This document shows, one piece after another, positions 34,664-43,327 of a stretch of DNA of 49,212 nt. A model generated the notes under the pieces. The model was not told where the DNA came from, did not search any database, and saw nothing but the letters and a program-made list of their open reading frames with translations. The position numbers were made by a program, and so were the translations under genes. Where the stretch lies: NCBI GenBank assembly GCA_028748975.1, contig JAQTPI010000002.1:1-49212 (forward strand), given 5' to 3'. Numbering within the stretch: position 1 is the stretch's first letter; every line of letters starts with the position of its first letter. This DNA is from Patescibacteria group bacterium (GTDB lineage: Bacteria > Patescibacteriota > Patescibacteriia > UBA2196).

Positions 34664-34837
34664 TTATTCGGTTTCATGGTTTGGTGAAGTTTCTTGGGCG
34701 ATGAGATACAACATGTTAAATTCATCGCTGCCTGGTTGGGGTTGTGCCGTTTCCGGCTGTTGTTCAACCACTTCTCGCATTTTAGGCGGAAGCTTGTCAG
34801 AGACTTTTTGCAGAGCTTCAGCTAGAGCTGAATTCAT
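34664..34837 (-). CDS. Small protein, 57 aa (not in ORF track)
   Basis: TAAGGAG SD; MNSALAEALQKVSDKLPP resembles the N-terminus of the next gene; promoter at 34916-34889. Confidence 0.62.
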   Translation of the reverse strand: MNSALAEALQKVSDKLPPKMREVVEQQPETAQPQPGSDEFNMLYLIAQETSPNHETE

Positions 34838-35000
34838 GATTTTCTCCTTAATTTAGATGATTTTAGGTTTAAAAGAACCAATTAATTCATTATAGCAAAA
34901 CCACAGATTTTGTCAAGTGGATAACTTTTATGATATTTTTTTGGATTTTCTATTTTCATTTGAGCGTGCTATAATTAAAGGAAGAAAATAACACAAAATT

Positions 35001-36668
35001 ATGAAGAAAAAAATAAAAGACAAAAATAACCACCCCTCCGCCAGCTGGCGGACCCTCTCCTTAAAAAGGAGAGGAGGAAAAAAGCAGCCGCCGGTAGTTT
35101 TGGCGATTTTGGATGGCTGGGGAATTAATCATGATTACATTGGTAACGCCATTACGCGCGCCAAAACCCCGACCTATAAAATGCTTTTGGAGAAATTTCC
35201 CAATACCAAACTGCGCGCTTCGGGCCGAGCAGTTGGTTTGCCGCCAACTCAAGACGGCAATTCGGAAGCAGGGCACCTGAATTTGGGCGCTGGTCGGGTG
35301 GTGGAGCAGGATACGGTCATTATCTCAAAATTGATTACCGCCGGAACTTTTTTTAAGAATCCGGCACTGAAAGCGAGCATCAAACAGGTGAAAAAGTATA
35401 AAAGCAAGGTCCATCTCATGGGCTTGCTTTCGGGCTGGGAATCCGCCCATACTGACCCTGATCATCTTTTGGCGCTGTTAACTTTTTATCGCCAAGAAGG
35501 AATAAAAAAGGTTTATTTGCATCTTTTCACCGATGGTCGCGATTCTTTTCAATATGGCGCCTTAAAATTTTTAAAACAATTAGAAAATGAATTTAAAGAC
35601 GGGGAGGTGATCGCGAGCGTCACGGGCCGTTATTACGCCATGGACCGGACGAAAAAATGGGAACGCACGGAGGCGGCTTACAATGCGCTGGTTTTGGGCA
35701 AAGGGCAATATTATGCCAAAAGCGCGGAAGAAGCCATCAAACGGGCCTATGACCGCGACGAGACCGATGAATTCATTTTGCCGACCGTGATTGTTAAAGA
35801 TGGCAAATGTGACAAAAGAGGAATTTGCATCAGCGGCGAACCAATCGCCAAAATCGAAGACAATGACGCGGTGGTGTTTTTCAATTTGCGGTCCGACCGT
35901 TCGCGGCAATTGTCCAAAGTTTTTGTCCAAAAGAATTTTAATGATCTGAACCCCGGTGCTTTCAAACGCACCAAGGTTTTGAAGAATTTACTTTTTGTTG
36001 CCATGACTGATTTTGGCCCGGATTTGGACACCATTCTTTCTATTTCACCCTCGCAGGATGTTAAAGAAACTTTGCCCATGGCGCTGACTGGTTTGCGCCA
36101 GCTCTACATCGCGGAGACGGAAAAATATGTTCACGTGACTTATTTCTTTAATGGTGGTTATGCCGAACCGGTTAACAAGGAAGAACGTTTAATGGTATCC
36201 TCGCCCGATGTTTCTTCTTATGATAAAATACCAGAAATGTCAGCTAAAGAAATTACCGATATAATTTTAAATGATTTGAAGAATAATAAATATGATTTCA
36301 TTTTGGTAAATTATGCCAACCCCGATATGGTTGGCCACACCGGCAATTTGGCTGCCGGGATTAAAGCCTGCGGCTTTGTTGATGGTTGTTTAGGGAAACT
36401 TTATGAAGAAATTAAAAATAAAAAAGGGATGCTTTTGGTGGTGGCGGACCATGGCAACGCGGAAGAAATGATTGATGAAAAAACCGGCGAGATTGATACC
36501 CAGCACTCCTCTTATCCGGTGCCGTTTATTATTGCTGATCTGCGTGATGGCGTGAAAAGATATAAATTAAGAAAGGATGGAATTTTGGGCAACGTGGCGC
36601 CGACAATTTTGGATTTGCTAAATAAAAAGAAACCAAAGGAAATGACGGAGGGTTCTTTGGTTTTGTAG
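35001..36668 (+). CDS. gpmI: 2,3-bisphosphoglycerate-independent phosphoglycerate mutase, copy 1
   Basis: ILDGWG, GNSEAGH, FTDGRD, GRYYAMDR, ETEKY, NPDMVGHTG, ADHGNAE. Confidence 0.95.
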   Translation: MKKKIKDKNNHPSASWRTLSLKRRGGKKQPPVVLAILDGWGINHDYIGNAITRAKTPTYKMLLEKFPNTKLRASGRAVGLPPTQDGNSEAGHLNLGAGRVVEQDTVIISKLITAGTFFKNPALKASIKQVKKYKSKVHLMGLLSGWESAHTDPDHLLALLTFYRQEGIKKVYLHLFTDGRDSFQYGALKFLKQLENEFKDGEVIASVTGRYYAMDRTKKWERTEAAYNALVLGKGQYYAKSAEEAIKRAYDRDETDEFILPTVIVKDGKCDKRGICISGEPIAKIEDNDAVVFFNLRSDRSRQLSKVFVQKNFNDLNPGAFKRTKVLKNLLFVAMTDFGPDLDTILSISPSQDVKETLPMALTGLRQLYIAETEKYVHVTYFFNGGYAEPVNKEERLMVSSPDVSSYDKIPEMSAKEITDIILNDLKNNKYDFILVNYANPDMVGHTGNLAAGIKACGFVDGCLGKLYEEIKNKKGMLLVVADHGNAEEMIDEKTGEIDTQHSSYPVPFIIADLRDGVKRYKLRKDGILGNVAPTILDLLNKKKPKEMTEGSLVL

Positions 36669-36739
36669 TTTTTCTTTCGCCACCTTTTTTAGTAAAAGGT
36701 GGCGCCAAAAAGCGCCGCCAGCAAAAAAGTGATTCCTAC

Positions 36740-36965
36740 GCCACTTTCTTTGGACAAAGAAAGTGGCTGAAAGAAACTGGCGAGCGAGCTGCGCGTTAGA
36801 GAAAATCTAAGGCTCGCCCTCGCTAATTTCCGAACTCAGCCGAAGAGAATAATCTGCTGATTATTCTTTCGGCTTCAAACAGGCGGAAATTTTTTCTACT
36901 GCGGTAGAAAACCGCTCCGTCTCGCCTTGATTTTCTTGCTAACGCTCCGCTAGGCTCGCAGCTAC
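36740..36965. ncRNA. ~225-nt structured repeat, copy 2, preceded by an extra P1-like hairpin at 36679-36712
   Basis: Aligns with 22512-22737. Confidence 0.55.
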
Positions 36966-37030
36966 GAAGTCGCAATAATCGCAGTAATTCCTTGAGTTTT
37001 GTTTTAATGCTTTAATGTTAAAATGCTAAT

Positions 37031-38617
37031 ATGAACGACAATTTACAACCTAAATTTCCCAAGCCAGTGGTGCTAGCCATTCTTGACGGCTGGGGCATTG
37101 CGGCGCCGTCGGTGAGCAATGCCATTTCACAGGCCAAGACGCCGAATTTTGATAAATTGACCGCCAATTATTTTTGTACCACCCTTCAGGCCTCGGGTCT
37201 TTCCGTAGGTCTGCCTTATGGTGAAATGGGCAATTCGGAAGTGGGCCATTTGAATTTGGGCGCGGGCAAAATTGTTTATCAAAATTTGCCGCGCATCAAT
37301 CGCGCCATTTTGGACGGTGAGTTTTTTGATAATGTTATTTTTTTGAAAGCTTTGGCGCAAGTTAAAAAACAAAAAAGCAAATTGCATCTTTTGGGACTAA
37401 TTTCCACTGGTGGCGTGCACGCCTCGCTTGACCATCTTTACGCGCTTTTGGAATTGGCTAAAAAACAGAAGATAGAGAAAGTTTTTGTTCATTGTATTTT
37501 GGATGGTCGTGACATGGCCTATAATTCGGGCCAGGGATTGTTGCAAGAATTAAAAAATAAAATGAAAGAAATCGGGGTGGGCGAGATTGCTTCGGTCGTT
37601 GGCCGATTTTATGCCATGGACCGCGACAATCATTTTGAAAGAACGGAAATTGCTTACCGGCTTTTAACCGACGGGTCGGCGGAAAAAAGAACCAAAGATG
37701 TTTTGCAGTCGGTGCAGGAATTTTATGATACTAAAATTTATGATGAAGAAATGAAACCGATTGTGGTGGTTAATGAAAATGATGAGCCAATTGGCAAAGT
37801 TGAGAATAAAGACGCGGTTATTTTTTTTAATTTTCGGCCAGATCGCGCGCGGCAATTGACCAAGGCTTTCGTTTTGCCTGGCTGGGAAAAATTCACCAGG
37901 ATTTATCTGCCGGATCTGTATTTTGTAACCTTGACACAATATGAAAAACAATTGCCTTCGGAAGTGGCTTATCCGCCGGAGACGGTGAAAGAAACCTTGG
38001 CGCAGGTTTTAAGCGAGCAGGGTTTGAAACAGCTGCGCCTGGCAGAAACGGAAAAATACGCGCATGTCACCTATTTTTTTAATGGCGGAAAAGAGGAAAA
38101 ATTGGTTGGCGAGGAAAGAGAAATGATCCCGTCTTTGCGCGTGGAGTCATACGCGGAAAAACCAGAAATGTCGGCCCTCACCATTAAAGAACGGGCGCTG
38201 AAAGAGATAAATGCCAAAAATTTTGATCTGATCACGCTTAATTTTGCCAATCTGGATATGGTGGGGCACACCGGCGATATGAAAGCGACCATTAAGGCGA
38301 CGGAAATAGTTGATAAATGTTTGGGTGAATTGGCAGCGGCAACTTTAGCGGCTGGCGGTATTTTAATTGTTACTGCTGACCATGGCAACGCGGAAGAATT
38401 GATTAATACTAAGACCGGGGAAATTGATAAAGAGCATTCATGCTCGCCGGTGCCGTTTGTTTTAGTTGGTGAAAATTATAAAACACATTCGGAAGGGGGA
38501 GTGATTAATTTGTCGCTGTTGACGCCGGCTGGAGTTTTGGCTGATGTGGCGCCGACGATTTTGAAAATTATGGGATTGGAGCAGCCGAAGGAGATGACAG
38601 GACGGAGTTTGGTGTAA
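37031..38617 (+). CDS. gpmI: 2,3-bisphosphoglycerate-independent phosphoglycerate mutase, copy 2
   Basis: ILDGWG, GNSEVGH, GGVH, LDGRD, ETEKYAHVT, NLDMVGHTG, ADHGNAE. Confidence 0.96.
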   Translation: MNDNLQPKFPKPVVLAILDGWGIAAPSVSNAISQAKTPNFDKLTANYFCTTLQASGLSVGLPYGEMGNSEVGHLNLGAGKIVYQNLPRINRAILDGEFFDNVIFLKALAQVKKQKSKLHLLGLISTGGVHASLDHLYALLELAKKQKIEKVFVHCILDGRDMAYNSGQGLLQELKNKMKEIGVGEIASVVGRFYAMDRDNHFERTEIAYRLLTDGSAEKRTKDVLQSVQEFYDTKIYDEEMKPIVVVNENDEPIGKVENKDAVIFFNFRPDRARQLTKAFVLPGWEKFTRIYLPDLYFVTLTQYEKQLPSEVAYPPETVKETLAQVLSEQGLKQLRLAETEKYAHVTYFFNGGKEEKLVGEEREMIPSLRVESYAEKPEMSALTIKERALKEINAKNFDLITLNFANLDMVGHTGDMKATIKATEIVDKCLGELAAATLAAGGILIVTADHGNAEELINTKTGEIDKEHSCSPVPFVLVGENYKTHSEGGVINLSLLTPAGVLADVAPTILKIMGLEQPKEMTGRSLV

Positions 38618-38625
38618 CAAGCAAG

Positions 38626-38831
38626 TGTCATTCTGATCCGCCCTAGGCGGAGAAGAATCTCGTAATTTTATAGAACAGATATATAGAACAGATATAGGGA
38701 TATAAAGACATAAAGAAATACATAAACAAAGCCTTTTATATCCTTATTTCCTTATATCTTTATTATTTACCTTTTCAGTCACGAGATCCTTCACTTCGTC
38801 CCGAATACCCGGGACTTCGTTCAGGATGACA
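38626..38831. repeat. GTCAT...ATGAC element with an AT-rich 9-mer array in its spacer
   Basis: TGTCATTCTGA...GAATCT left arm; AGATCCTTCA...TCAGGATGACA right arm. Confidence 0.8.
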
Positions 38832-38843
38832 ATCATAAAGAAT

Positions 38844-40376
38844 ATGCTTAAAAAAATCGTTACTTTTCTCTTGTTTTTATATATTTTCTTGTTTTTACCG
38901 TTGCCCACGCAGGCGGCGGTAAATTTAGTTCGGACGCCGAGCAATACGGCGGTGTATTTTGTGGATGCCAGTAACGTTCGCCATGCTTTTCCCAACCAAA
39001 AAATTTACGAAAGTTGGTTTGGTAATGATTTCAAAAAAATTAGTTTTGTTTCGGAAGAAGCTTTGGCAAAACTGCCTTTGGGTAAAAACGTGGTTTTGAA
39101 AGCGGGAAAATATTTAGTAAAAATTCCTTCGGCCCCAGATGTTTACGCGGTGGAACCGGGCGGAACCTTGCGGCATATTGAAAGCGCGGAAGCGATGGAA
39201 ACAATTTATGGAAAGAATTGGCAACAAAAATTGATTGATTTGTCGGAAGTTTTTTTTGACGATTATGTTTTGGGCGCGCCGATTAAATTCGGCCATCAGA
39301 TTCCTGACGGCGTGGTTTATAAACTTATTAATAAAAATAATTATTACTACAAAACAGCCGGTCATTTGCAGAAATTTGCTTCTTGGCAGGATGTTTTGGC
39401 TAATGGCTATAATCAAAACGATGTGGTGGAAAACATTACTAGTTTCTTTTTGCACGGCGCGGAAATCGAGGGTTATGATGAAAATATTAATAATTTAGCG
39501 GCAGAAAATAATCTGGCCAGATATGATTGTGAGAATAAAAATTTAAGAGCCGCTTTTATTTTTGTTTATGACGGCACGTATAATTTGGAAGAAGTGGAAA
39601 AAATGAAAGCCATTAAAAATCGATTGCCGGAATATTTTAATTGGACGACGGACGGCTTGTCGCAATTAACTTTGGATAATGATATTTTTTTGATAAAAAA
39701 AGAAAATTATCATATTTTTGAGAGTAAATTGAGTTTGTCGCAGCTGGCTTTTGATTTTTATAAGCAACATTCCGATGTTTATGATTTTCTTTTCATTTTT
39801 GATAATTTCAGCGAGCCAAGCAAAATTATCGCCGAATATTATGCCGTGACCAACCAAATTGCCGGCATTCAAAAGCCGATTCTGAAAGCCGAAGTGCAGT
39901 ATGGCAGTTTGGGAAAATTAAAAGGCGTGATAAAAATGTTTAGTGTTAACAGCCATCTTTTCGGCAGTGACAGCGAACAAAATATCACCCTTAACAACAT
40001 AATTCATGAAATGCTTCACCAGTGGAGCGGGGTGTTTACTTTTTTGAATGATAAAAAAGAAGAAGATACTTCGTTGTATAATGAAAAACTCAAACATTGG
40101 TCAAATTATGTTAATTTTGTATCTCCCTTAGGCGGTTATGGCTGGAGGGATAACGGTGACGGTACTTTCACACAAACTTATGTGAACCAGAAAATTAAAC
40201 TTTCTAATTTGGATTTGTATGGCATGGGGCTTTTGCCACAGCGCGGCATTGGCGAAATTTTTTATATCGTGCCGGAGAATTCTTTAATCACCGATACAAT
40301 TTCTGCCAAAAAAGTTGTGGTCAGCGCGGATAGTTTGGTTAAGGCGATGGGGAAGTGGCAATGTTTGGTAAAATAA
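38844..40376 (+). CDS. Secreted protein with a putative zinc-metalloprotease domain
   Basis: Signal peptide (..PTQA), CPR-type N-terminal repeat region (VYFV..RHAF), IIHEMLHQW HEXXH motif. Confidence 0.72.
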   Translation: MLKKIVTFLLFLYIFLFLPLPTQAAVNLVRTPSNTAVYFVDASNVRHAFPNQKIYESWFGNDFKKISFVSEEALAKLPLGKNVVLKAGKYLVKIPSAPDVYAVEPGGTLRHIESAEAMETIYGKNWQQKLIDLSEVFFDDYVLGAPIKFGHQIPDGVVYKLINKNNYYYKTAGHLQKFASWQDVLANGYNQNDVVENITSFFLHGAEIEGYDENINNLAAENNLARYDCENKNLRAAFIFVYDGTYNLEEVEKMKAIKNRLPEYFNWTTDGLSQLTLDNDIFLIKKENYHIFESKLSLSQLAFDFYKQHSDVYDFLFIFDNFSEPSKIIAEYYAVTNQIAGIQKPILKAEVQYGSLGKLKGVIKMFSVNSHLFGSDSEQNITLNNIIHEMLHQWSGVFTFLNDKKEEDTSLYNEKLKHWSNYVNFVSPLGGYGWRDNGDGTFTQTYVNQKIKLSNLDLYGMGLLPQRGIGEIFYIVPENSLITDTISAKKVVVSADSLVKAMGKWQCLVK

Positions 40377-40426
40377 AAAACGCACGTGTTTGTTGGCCGC
40401 GCGTGCGTTTAAAATAATTTTTGAAT

Positions 40427-40753
40427 TTAACTTCGTTTACTTTTTAGTCTTAGTCTATCAATTCGTCTATCAATTTGCCAACTCAATCTGATGATGACGC
40501 TGATACCTATTAAAAACCCCAAATTGTACCAGTCACCATTGTTGTGCACTTCGTAGAAATGCACGCTATGGTCGGAAAGAGACGCGAGGAAAGCGATTGG
40601 TGCAATCAGACCATGCCAATAGCCGGTCCAAAATCCGGCGACGCTTCCTTTTGCTGAAGGCGTATTCACGGAAGGATTGGGGCCGGCGCAGCTCATCAGA
40701 AATAACACAGTGAGAAGCACTAAAAATAAGCATATTTTTTTCTTCCGCGTCAT
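40427..40753 (-). CDS. Putative lipoprotein/membrane protein
   Basis: LMSC lipobox; AGFW.G.WHG...YEV.N.G..Y..GF motif; promoter at 40865-40837. Confidence 0.75.
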   Translation of the reverse strand: MTRKKKICLFLVLLTVLFLMSCAGPNPSVNTPSAKGSVAGFWTGYWHGLIAPIAFLASLSDHSVHFYEVHNNGDWYNLGFLIGISVIIRLSWQIDRRIDRLRLKSKRS

Positions 40754-40917
40754 TTGTACCCCCCTGAATTATTGTTGTGAATTTCACTAAGATTAGACCA
40801 ATTGGCTTGTCCAATAGGCATCCTGGTGTTAAGAGTATTATAGTGCCGGTGGAAAATTTTGTCAAGTATTGATTGTTTTTCCCTTATTACTAGTTACTTA
40901 TTACTTGTTACTTTTCT

Positions 40918-41808
40918 ATGCCTGAATTACCCGAAGTAGAAACAATTAAACTGGAATTAAACAAGGTTTTAAGGAATAAAAAAATTAAAGCCGTGGTTTT
41001 GAATTTGCCCAAGCAAGTTCATGGCGACAGAAAGAAGTTTTTGAAAGTCGTTGTTGGCGCGAAAATTAAGGCGGTGGGACGGCGGGCTAAGACTTTAATT
41101 ATTACTCTAAAAAATAAAAAATATTTAATATTTCATTTGAAAATGACCGGGCAACTTATTTATCAGGGAAATCGGGGAGATCAGGGAGATCAGGGAGATC
41201 AGGGAGGAAAACTTTATGGCGGCGGGCATCCGATTAAGCAAGACTTAAAAAATTTACCAAACAAATTTTCGCACGTGATTTTTAATTTCAGCGATGGCTC
41301 GCATTTATTTTTTAATGACACGCGCCAATTCGGCTGGGTAAAATTGGTTGAGGAAAAAGAATTGGCTAATATGAGTGCCGAATACGGGCCAGAACCTTTG
41401 GAGAAAAATTTTACGCCTGAATATTTCAGTGATTTTTTAGCACGGCGAGCCACGGCCATTAAACCGCTTTTGATGGAACAAAAATTTATTGCCGGCCTTG
41501 GCAATATTTATGCCGCCGAAGCCTGTTTTTGCGCCGGAATTTCTCCCAAGCGCTCTGCTAATAAAATAAAACCAAAGGAAATAAAAAAACTTTATAATTG
41601 CATTAAAAAAATTTTAAAGCTGGCCATTGCCAAAAAAGGCACTTCCGCTGACAATTATGTTGACGCTTTCGGCCGGCAAGGTAATATGATAAACTACTTG
41701 AAAGTCTATGGACGGAAAGGGAAAAAATGTTTCCGCTGTGGCGCGCTTTTGCATGAAATCCGCCAGGGTTCCCGCGCCACGGTTTTTTGCGGGAAGTGTC
41801 AGAAATAA
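40918..41808 (+). CDS. mutM: Formamidopyrimidine-DNA glycosylase
   Basis: MPELPEVET, HLKMTG, GLGNIYAAE, C-terminal CxxC...CxxC zinc finger. Confidence 0.96.
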   Translation: MPELPEVETIKLELNKVLRNKKIKAVVLNLPKQVHGDRKKFLKVVVGAKIKAVGRRAKTLIITLKNKKYLIFHLKMTGQLIYQGNRGDQGDQGDQGGKLYGGGHPIKQDLKNLPNKFSHVIFNFSDGSHLFFNDTRQFGWVKLVEEKELANMSAEYGPEPLEKNFTPEYFSDFLARRATAIKPLLMEQKFIAGLGNIYAAEACFCAGISPKRSANKIKPKEIKKLYNCIKKILKLAIAKKGTSADNYVDAFGRQGNMINYLKVYGRKGKKCFRCGALLHEIRQGSRATVFCGKCQK

Positions 41809-41860
41809 AAAAGTCCCGACATACGATGGCGGGACTTGGGGTATTGATATTATACACCCC

Positions 41861-42175
41861 TTATCTATGAAAGAGGAAAATAGAAAACTTTTTAAGTATA
41901 AACGAAGAAAACCTGTATTTGAGAGGCAAAACATACACAGTTGTTGACCAGTTGTTTACTTTTGCTTTAGACGAGGGGTTATCTTCTCGATTTAAATGAT
42001 GAAGTATTTGGCAAATGGTATAGTGAATATCGGGTGTTTGTCGTAATGTACAGAAAAGTGTTTCCCCGACCGATAATGGCCGTTCGCTGTTTAAGAGGAA
42101 ACCCCCGCGTTCAGAGGGACTGAACCAAAGACCTTTCCAACGCCATTTTTGTGGTTGAATTACATATTTGTACAT
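41861..42175 (-). CDS. Hypothetical protein, 104 aa
   Basis: GGGGAGGTG SD; promoter TTGACA-17-TATAAT (42292-42264). Confidence 0.62.
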   Translation of the reverse strand: MYKYVIQPQKWRWKGLWFSPSERGGFLLNSERPLSVGETLFCTLRQTPDIHYTICQILHHLNREDNPSSKAKVNNWSTTVYVLPLKYRFSSFILKKFSIFLFHR

Positions 42176-42303
42176 CTTTCACCTCCCCTTATTTTGTTGT
42201 TTTTTGGTCTAAATAAGCCAGATTTGGTTGGTCGTTTGTGGATAAATTTTATTATCTATTTCAATTATAGCATGTTTATTTTTTTGTGTCAAATGTCCGT
42301 TGG

Positions 42304-42427
42304 TTATCCCCTCCTTTCGAAGGAGGGGTGCGAGCCAGCAGGCGAGTGGGGTGGTTGTGGTTTGTATTTTTTTACAACCCCTCCGTTCCGTTGCTACGGA
42401 ACACCTCCCCTTCGAAAGGGGAGGATA
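42304..42427. repeat. Pair of CCCCTCC-family elements
   Basis: 42304-42356 and 42374-42427, near-identical to the 27295-27410 units. Confidence 0.85.
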
Positions 42428-42492
42428 ATCGCGGTGTAATTCGCGTAAATTTGTGTTCATATTTGTGTAGATTTGTGTGTAAAACTTTTATT

Positions 42493-43227
42493 ATGTTAGA
42501 ACGCCTGCAAAAAATTTTAGCTCGTCAGGGGATTGCTTCTCGCCGCGGGGCGGAGGAGCTGATTTTGGCTGGAAAAATTAAGGTGAATGGCAGGATAGCA
42601 AAAATAGGAGAAAAATATGATGAGGAAGAGGATGAAATTGAGGTGGATGGGAAGAAGCTAATGAAAAATGAAAAACGAAAAATGAAAAATAATGGAAATT
42701 CAAATTTTGTATACTATTTACTTAATAAGCCACGCGGTTATGAATGTTCTTTGGTAGCTCGCCACGGCGATAAATTGGCAGTGGATTTGGTGCCGAAATT
42801 TCCCAGAGTTTGGACGGTTGGCCGGCTGGATAAAAATAGCCGCGGACTACTCATTTTAACTAATGACGGCAAACTGACTGAAGAATTGACGCACCCGAAA
42901 TTTGAACACGAAAAAGAATATGAAGTATTGGTGAATAAACCATTGACTAATGATTTTTTTCGCCGAATGCAAAAAGGCGTGGCACTTTCCGAAGGGTTGG
43001 CGCGCGCCGACAAAATCCGCCAGCTCGGAGATAAGAAATTTTCTTTAACTTTGCATCAGGGCTGGAAAAGGCAGATTAGAAGAATGTGCGAAAGTTTGGG
43101 GTATCGGACGATTGATTTGGTGAGGGTGAGGGTGGGGAAGTGGAGGCTTGGAAATTTACGCGAAGGTAAGTTTCGCAAGATTAATGGGTGTCATCCTGAG
43201 GAGCGAGAGCGACGAAGGATCTCGTAG
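42493..43227 (+). CDS. RsuA/RluB family rRNA pseudouridine synthase
   Basis: S4 domain ERLQKILARQGIASRR, LNKPRG, GRLDKNSRGLL (catalytic Asp), RQIRRMC; start moved to ATG at 42493. Confidence 0.93.
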   Translation: MLERLQKILARQGIASRRGAEELILAGKIKVNGRIAKIGEKYDEEEDEIEVDGKKLMKNEKRKMKNNGNSNFVYYLLNKPRGYECSLVARHGDKLAVDLVPKFPRVWTVGRLDKNSRGLLILTNDGKLTEELTHPKFEHEKEYEVLVNKPLTNDFFRRMQKGVALSEGLARADKIRQLGDKKFSLTLHQGWKRQIRRMCESLGYRTIDLVRVRVGKWRLGNLREGKFRKINGCHPEERERRRIS

Positions 43228-43327
43228 TTAAAGTAATAAATAATAAAGATATAAGGAAATAAGGATATAAAAGGCTGGTCGCCTATATCTTTATATCTCT
43301 ATATCCTTATATCTTTTTCATAAAATA

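Noticed and set aside
34062-34856. 264-aa plus-strand ORF
   Set aside because: Antisense shadow of two SD-bearing minus-strand genes; no start signals or recognisable motifs.
42286-42492. 69-aa N-terminal extension of the pseudouridine synthase, and ORFs 42149-42439 and 42209-42460
   Set aside because: These read through CCCCTCC elements and 12-mer arrays; the S4 domain starts at ATG 42493.
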